DNA of 63,965 nucleotides, counting the filler, from Candidatus Tectimicrobiota bacterium (GTDB lineage: Bacteria > JACPSX01), in the NCBI GenBank assembly GCA_016193065.1. It is 5 parts of 5 records of this genome, joined end to end, with 100 filler letters (N's around TTAATTAATTAA, not from the genome) between each part and the next. Parts side by side here need not be neighbours in the genome. Positions count along the whole stretch, not along the records: positions 59,323 to 63,965 come from JACPSX010000053.1; 4 more parts are not named here. One strand, written 5' to 3'. Positions 59,323-63,965 of this stretch are shown in pieces. Under the pieces are notes generated by a model. That model made no database searches and had not been told where the DNA came from. It worked only from the letters and a program-made list of their open reading frames with translations. The position numbers and the translations under genes were made by a program. Each line of letters opens with the position of its first letter. Position 1 is the stretch's first letter.

Positions 59323-59496
59323 AACCCGATCAGCCCTGACCTCTTCGAGGCGAGTGATGCCGAGTGGAGGTAACGATTCGGAGGCTCTGCTGAAATCGTA
59401 GTTGCGCGACGCCCACGGCTAGGGTCTGCAGCCCGAAGAGCGGTTCCCGACCGCCTGCCGCTGGCTCCCCCTCGGGGCTCCTGCGGGGAGGAGAGG

Positions 59497-59874
59497 ATGC
59501 AGATGCAGGGAGGATTCGATGAAACGGCGGGAAGTCCCTCCAAAGGTGCCTCGCAAGAGAACCCTCCCACCGAAGACAGGCGGGCAGCGAGCTGGTGGAA
59601 AGTAAAGGCGTGGCAGTTCGCGAGGCTCTTAGGAAGTCTGAGCGAGGGCTGGTGGCTTGGTGGTGGCCGGTTGTCATATTGGAAGATGGTGAAGTTAGCC
59701 TGGGTGGCGCTGCTCTGTCTGGTGGTGGTGGTTGTGGTGATGGGTCTAGTGATTCAGGTGGTGGGGAAGACGATTGCCACGATCATGTTTTGGATCGTCG
59801 CCATCATTGTCGGTGTTGTAGCAGTGGGAGCGCTTATCTGGTCCTGGGTTCAGTGGGTACGCGGGAAGAGCTGA
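59497..59874 (+). CDS. Hypothetical membrane protein
   Basis: GGAGAGG RBS; two hydrophobic helices. Confidence 0.45.
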   Translation: MQMQGGFDETAGSPSKGASQENPPTEDRRAASWWKVKAWQFARLLGSLSEGWWLGGGRLSYWKMVKLAWVALLCLVVVVVVMGLVIQVVGKTIATIMFWIVAIIVGVVAVGALIWSWVQWVRGKS

Positions 59875-59922
59875 TAGGAGCGGGACGACGATTGAACTGG
59901 GCAGCACCCGAAGGGGGCAAAG

Positions 59923-60258
59923 GTGGAGACACTTAATAAGGCCAGAGAGCTCGCACGAAAAGTTGCGGCCCATGGCAGCGTCACGCCCGATTATGGGGCA
60001 CAGGCCGACCTGCAGGTAGAACTCACTCAGGAAGTGAGCGCGAAGCTCTACCACCTGGCTGGTGTGATAGCCAGAAGCTCCCAGAAGGCTACCGAGGACC
60101 TGGAATCCCTTGGAAGGAGTCTCGGGGCAGTAGTTTCATCAATGGACAAGAGCACGGACACAATCGCCCACCTCACACGTTGGCTCATCGTCGCCGCGCT
60201 CGTATCCGCAGTAGCCGCGACTGTCCAGGTTCTACTTTTGTTTCTCAAGGGCGGGTAG
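59923..60258 (+). CDS. Hypothetical protein, coiled coil plus C-terminal TM
   Basis: ORF with TRWLIVAALVSAVAATVQVLLLFL. Confidence 0.55.
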   Translation: METLNKARELARKVAAHGSVTPDYGAQADLQVELTQEVSAKLYHLAGVIARSSQKATEDLESLGRSLGAVVSSMDKSTDTIAHLTRWLIVAALVSAVAATVQVLLLFLKGG

Positions 60259-60395
60259 ACAGAGTCCCCGCGTGGGGTGCCGCTCACGAGCAGTGCGAAT
60301 AGTACACGATGCCCACGGCTAGGCCGGCCAGCCGAAAGCCGCTTCCGGGCGGTTGCCATCGACGACGACACGATGCAGATGCATGGGAGAAAGGG

Positions 60396-60908
60396 ATGAA
60401 GCGTCAGGAAGTCCCGCCGGAGGTACCCCGCAAGGGAACCCGCCGCCCCAGGAAATCTCTCCAAGATCCTGCACGGGAAATTCGCCAGAAGGAAGAGAGC
60501 TTCTGGGTGCAGAGGCACGATACTCGCCGCGAGCTTCAAAGGCTCTGGAACATCGTCGCGTTCCAACCCACCAGACGGGAAGGCCGCGGCCGGCGGTGTG
60601 GACACGTCAGCAATGGGGAACAGTGCACGTACCTCCGGGTGGCCAGTTCAACTCAACGGGCACCGATCCCCCCCTGGTGCCGCTTCCACCTGGCAACGAT
60701 GTTGGCCGAGGAGCTTGCCCCTCTGCTGAAGGGGGATCCAGAAGCGATCACCGAGGACTTCGCCGTTGGGTGCCTCGAAGCCCTGGTGGATGAACGCCTT
60801 CGAGGCGGACCTACGGCGCAGGAGGCTCAGGAGGCACTGAGGGTTCTCTGCAATGCTTTACTGGCGTGGTCGCCAATGAACCAAGACCGGGAGACAGGGG
60901 AGCGGTGA
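60396..60908 (+). CDS. Hypothetical protein with possible C..C..CxxH zinc finger
   Basis: RCGH..EQC..WCRFH; translationally coupled to next gene. Confidence 0.5.
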   Translation: MKRQEVPPEVPRKGTRRPRKSLQDPAREIRQKEESFWVQRHDTRRELQRLWNIVAFQPTRREGRGRRCGHVSNGEQCTYLRVASSTQRAPIPPWCRFHLATMLAEELAPLLKGDPEAITEDFAVGCLEALVDERLRGGPTAQEAQEALRVLCNALLAWSPMNQDRETGER

Positions 60909-61726
60909 TGCGTAAGCGGACTACGAAGGAGCGAGAACGAGATGTCCGAGGGGACCAAGCCCCCTACGTGAAGCGCTACCTCGAAAAACTCAATGACCCC
61001 GAGGTCCAAAAAGACCTGAAGAACTATGAAGGGCTTGTTGAGATAGAGAAGGCGACTGGGCGTGAGCACATACGGTTATGGGACGAACTCCAAACCTACG
61101 GAGCATTCGACGAGCCGGGAGCTGTTTTGACCAATCCGCAGCTGAAACCGCTCTGGGATCAGTGGAGGCAGAGCGGACTGGTACATGGGATCGCGAAAGA
61201 GAAACGGGAGGCCACGGAGCAGGCGTTCATACAAAGGCACGGGATTCTTCTTCTTGGACTCCGGCCGCGTGGCATCTTCGCTGACCTGTCACTCGCTCAC
61301 TACAATGCCCTCGTTGCCAACATGTCTTGGGTCTTCGATGATCAACTTCCGGTGCAGCCCATTCCGCTTGCACTATCGAAGAAGGAAGATGAGGATCCGT
61401 GGATAGCAATGCTCCTGGGGGGAAAGTACCTACTCCTACTGGTGAACATGGAGCATACCCTAGACTCCATCCGGGACAACTTCGACGAGTGGATTCGAGT
61501 GGTGAAGAAGGCACTCGATGCACGGAAGAAGATCCAGGGAGAGAAGATTCCGCGCTCCCGACCGGACACTGCACCTCTAAAAACGACAGTGCAGATAGAA
61601 ACAAAGGCGGGAAGAACCGCCGATGAGATCGCGGAGAAGCGCTGGCCTGATCTGTGGAAAGATCCAGCGAACCGCAAGCGTCTTCGTCAGAAAATTAAGT
61701 ACCACCGCAAGACCGCCCAGAAGTAG
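60908..61726 (+). CDS. Hypothetical mobile-element protein with C-terminal HTH-like region
   Basis: LLLVNMEHTLDSI..GRTADEIAEKRWP. Confidence 0.65.
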   Translation: MRKRTTKERERDVRGDQAPYVKRYLEKLNDPEVQKDLKNYEGLVEIEKATGREHIRLWDELQTYGAFDEPGAVLTNPQLKPLWDQWRQSGLVHGIAKEKREATEQAFIQRHGILLLGLRPRGIFADLSLAHYNALVANMSWVFDDQLPVQPIPLALSKKEDEDPWIAMLLGGKYLLLLVNMEHTLDSIRDNFDEWIRVVKKALDARKKIQGEKIPRSRPDTAPLKTTVQIETKAGRTADEIAEKRWPDLWKDPANRKRLRQKIKYHRKTAQK

Positions 61727-61735
61727 ACCCCATCC

Positions 61736-61766
61736 GCAGAATTAAGGGGTCCCCCTTATTTCTGCC
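61736..61766 (+). terminator. Hairpin (terminator or operator)
   Basis: GCAGAATTAAGGGG-TC-CCCCTTATTTCTGC. Confidence 0.5.
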
Positions 61767-61818
61767 TGCCACGCAGCCTAGCCCGTTCTTCTTTACGCCC
61801 CCTCCTGGAGGTCCTACC

Positions 61819-62010
61819 ATGCGCGCAGTTGCGCTCACTGTGTGGGGTGCGAGCATGACCATTCGAATCTCGGTTCCGGTTGATCGTAAGCTCTGGTGTC
61901 AGCTTCGACGCATGGCCGAGGAGCGGAAGATGCCATCCGGTCGCGCATCAATGGCAGCGGTCGTCAGGCAGATGGTCGCAGATGCGCTCGCGAAAAGAGA
62001 GGGGAGATGA
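61819..62010 (+). CDS. Small ribbon-helix-helix-like DNA-binding protein
   Basis: RISVPVDRKLWCQLRRMAEE..SMAAVVRQMVADAL; GGAGG RBS. Confidence 0.6.
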   Translation: MRAVALTVWGASMTIRISVPVDRKLWCQLRRMAEERKMPSGRASMAAVVRQMVADALAKREGR

Positions 62011-62135
62011 ACAGAGCCGTTAATGAGCTACGGCTCTCGCTTCTCCGCTGGCGCCGCGACCGGGGCCAGCCACTGCCGCGTTGGGGACGGCTCACCCTCC
62101 GGGCTCTCGACCTGATCGCGCTCGCTCTGCGGTGA
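62007..62135 (+). CDS. Small hypothetical protein
   Basis: ATGA overlap with upstream gene; MNRAVNELRLSLLRWRR.. Confidence 0.4.
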   Translation: MNRAVNELRLSLLRWRRDRGQPLPRWGRLTLRALDLIALALR

Positions 62136-62156
62136 AGGACTGACCAGGAGATTGCG

Positions 62157-62399
62157 ATGCAGATGAATACTCTCTCCGACTTCTCCACCACCGATATCCA
62201 CCTCGCCGCCTACCTGCTCGGAACCGATCATCACCTTCGCCGGCTCAACGGCCCACCCGGGCGGGCGGTCTTCGTCTTTGAGGGCGTGACCGAGGACGAC
62301 GTGTCCCGCTTCTACGCCGGCGCCCCCAGTGACGCCCGAAAGGTCCTTGGTGCCCTCAGAGACTTAAAGGGGCTCTTGGCCCAGGGGGACCGGCGATGA
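62157..62399 (+). CDS. DUF5659-like small phage protein
   Basis: FSTTDIHLAAYL..GRAVFVF..ALRDLKGLL. Confidence 0.65.
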   Translation: MQMNTLSDFSTTDIHLAAYLLGTDHHLRRLNGPPGRAVFVFEGVTEDDVSRFYAGAPSDARKVLGALRDLKGLLAQGDRR

Positions 62400-63316
62400 G
62401 CGGCTGGATCCGGCTCTGGCGGAGCCTGTTGAATCACCCACTTTGGACCCGGGAGCGCTTCACCCTGGGGCAGGCCTGGATTGACCTACTCCTATCCGCT
62501 GCACACACCGATCACCCCGTCCCGAGGGGCACGCAGATGGTGCTGGAGAGGCGCGGCGACTTTCTCACCAGCCAGGTCGCGCTCGCCGCTCGGTGGCGGT
62601 GGGATCGCGAAACGGTTCGGAGATTTTTTCGAGCGCTCGAACGCGGCAACATGTGCCGCATCCGAACCAGCAAGGAGAGCGAGACCGGGTATACGCTGGT
62701 AAGTATCATGAATTACGAACGTTACCAAGGAGACGTGGAGCAGTCCTCTAGCCTGAGTCCCGCATCCGATGCCCCATCGGTTGCCCCATCCAATCCCGCA
62801 TCCGTGCCCCATCCGTGCCCCACTCCTAAGAAGGGGAAGAAGGGGAAGAAACAGAAAGAACCCTCTCCGGCCTTCGGCCTCACGCTGGAGAAGTACCTCA
62901 CGGAGTTCCCCCCAGAAGGCCAAGAGGTCCTTCATCAGGCTATTCAGGCAATCGCCTCCACCAGGAAGTCCGGGAAGGTCGCTCAGTCGGTGCTGGATGC
63001 CCAGGCCAGGAAGTGGAGTCGGTTCCCGCCAGAGATCGTGGTCAAAGCCTGCCGGGTGTACCTCGATCGAGGGTACGCCAATGAGGGGAGGGCGGAGGCC
63101 TATTTGCTCGGGATCATCCGTCAGGAAGCCAAGAGAGCTGGCAACGGTCGGGAGGCCTCCAGTTCATTCGTCGGCCAGAAAGGGTGGGTTTCCACCCCCG
63201 CCACCCCCGCCGATACACCGGCTGGCCAGCCCTACCCGAATCCGACGACCGAAGGGCAGCGGGCCATTAACCGCGCATGGCTCGATCAGCAGCGTGACCA
63301 GGAGCGGGCCCGATGA
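62396..63316 (+). CDS. Phage-type replication initiator (replisome organiser)
   Basis: MSGWIRLWRSLL.HPLW, AWIDLLL.A.H, RG.FLTS..LA.RW.W, TLVSIMNYERYQ. Confidence 0.75.
   Translation: MSGWIRLWRSLLNHPLWTRERFTLGQAWIDLLLSAAHTDHPVPRGTQMVLERRGDFLTSQVALAARWRWDRETVRRFFRALERGNMCRIRTSKESETGYTLVSIMNYERYQGDVEQSSSLSPASDAPSVAPSNPASVPHPCPTPKKGKKGKKQKEPSPAFGLTLEKYLTEFPPEGQEVLHQAIQAIASTRKSGKVAQSVLDAQARKWSRFPPEIVVKACRVYLDRGYANEGRAEAYLLGIIRQEAKRAGNGREASSSFVGQKGWVSTPATPADTPAGQPYPNPTTEGQRAINRAWLDQQRDQERAR
62758..62860 (+). repeat. Iteron-like direct repeats followed by a purine-rich tract (putative ori)
   Basis: About five CC(C/G)CATC(C/G) units at 11-12 nt spacing, then AAGAAGGGGAAGAAGGGGAAGAAACAGAAAGAA. Confidence 0.55.
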
Positions 63317-63965
63317 CCACCCGGCGCGAGGACCCCGTTGCCTTCATCGAATCCCAAGGCTGGCCCGTGAAGCGTCAGGGTCAAGAGCTGGTTACAACGT
63401 GCCCGCTCTGTGAGAAGCCGGGCCACCTCTACGTGCACTCCGAGACTGGCGTCTGGAAGTGCCATCGGTGTGGAGAGAGCGGGAACCTGTGGCAGCTTCG
63501 GAAGCGGCTCGGTCTCGACAACGGTGACGGCGCCTGGTTCCAAAGCCTCGGCCAGGCCCTCGGCGCGAAGCCGAAGCGGATCCCCCGGGACCGGACCGAG
63601 AGCATGCACGCGGCCCTTCTGGCAGACCGAGAAGCCCTGGCCTACTGCACCGAGACCCGGCGCTGGTCGCTGGAGGTGGTCAGGCGGTTCAAGCTTGGCC
63701 TCCGGGTGGACAGCCGGGGGAAGTGGCTGGCCTTCCCTTGGTGGCGGCGCGGGGAGTGCGTCGGGATCAAATACCGGAGCCTTCCGCCCCAAGCAAAGAC
63801 CTTCGAGCGGGAGGCCGGCTGCGAATCCGTTTTGTTCAACGTGGATGCCCTGGCCGGGCATGAGGAAATCATCCTCGCCAGCGGGGAGAGTGACGCCCTC
63901 GCTCTCCTGACCCTCGGCTTTCAGAACGTAGTGGCGACAACGACCGGGGAGACGAGTCTGCCCGC
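63313..63965 (+). CDS. Zinc-finger/Toprim primase (T7 gp4/Twinkle-like), 5' part; absent from ORF track
   Basis: Manual translation MTTRREDP..CPLCEKPGHLYV..WKCHRCGESGNL..LAFPW..GIKYR..LFNVD..IILASGESDALAL..GFQNVV. Confidence 0.8.
   Translation, partial: MTTRREDPVAFIESQGWPVKRQGQELVTTCPLCEKPGHLYVHSETGVWKCHRCGESGNLWQLRKRLGLDNGDGAWFQSLGQALGAKPKRIPRDRTESMHAALLADREALAYCTETRRWSLEVVRRFKLGLRVDSRGKWLAFPWWRRGECVGIKYRSLPPQAKTFEREAGCESVLFNVDALAGHEEIILASGESDALALLTLGFQNVVATTTGETSLP

Larger units (their letters stand above)
60396..63965 (+). mobile_element. Prophage/satellite-like regulation and replication module
   Basis: Co-oriented, coupled small DNA-binding genes, replication initiator and primase. Confidence 0.65.

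Noticed and set aside
1-63965. CRISPR array, cas genes, rRNA, reverse transcriptase, integrase or transposase
   Set aside because: No regularly spaced repeat-spacer array and no recognisable motifs for these genes were seen

Overview
GC-rich bacterial sequence made of five separate contigs joined by artificial 100-nt linkers (N run, TTAATTAATTAA, N run) at 26267-26366, 37122-37221, 40932-41031 and 59223-59322, so adjacency across these linkers is not biological. Contig 1 holds a ~21-kb minus-strand LPS core/heptose cluster (gmhB, rfaE1/2, waaC, epimerase, msbA, waaF, three more GT9, many GT4/GT2), an orphan xanthine-dehydrogenase-family Mo subunit and a decayed integron-like array of toxin-antitoxin cassettes with attC-like sites. 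Contig 2 holds ggt (partial), a pfk remnant, a tungsten AOR, a sigma54 two-component system with a ZraP-like target, an SDR, a thiolase and an unannotated UxxC thioredoxin-fold selenoprotein with a SECIS-like hairpin. Contig 3 holds a GT4 and asnB. Contig 4 holds EF-G, SPOR, ihfA, merR, two tRNA-Pro, pcm, HDOD-GGDEF, ihfB, a ~250-nt candidate structured RNA, frameshifted apt and UPF0182, a 2-hydroxyacyl-CoA dehydratase-type trio whose beta-like subunit has lost its Fe-S cysteines, and tRNA-Arg. Contig 5 is a phage/satellite-like replication module with a Twinkle-like primase lacking the first Toprim glutamate. The most unusual signals are: nested 30-nt palindromes inserted in frame into protein genes, one REP doublet carried by two different inverted-repeat shells, a heptamer-repeat frameshift in a glycosyltransferase, the selenoprotein and the candidate ncRNA. 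All calls come from reading the sequence by eye; no database searches were run.
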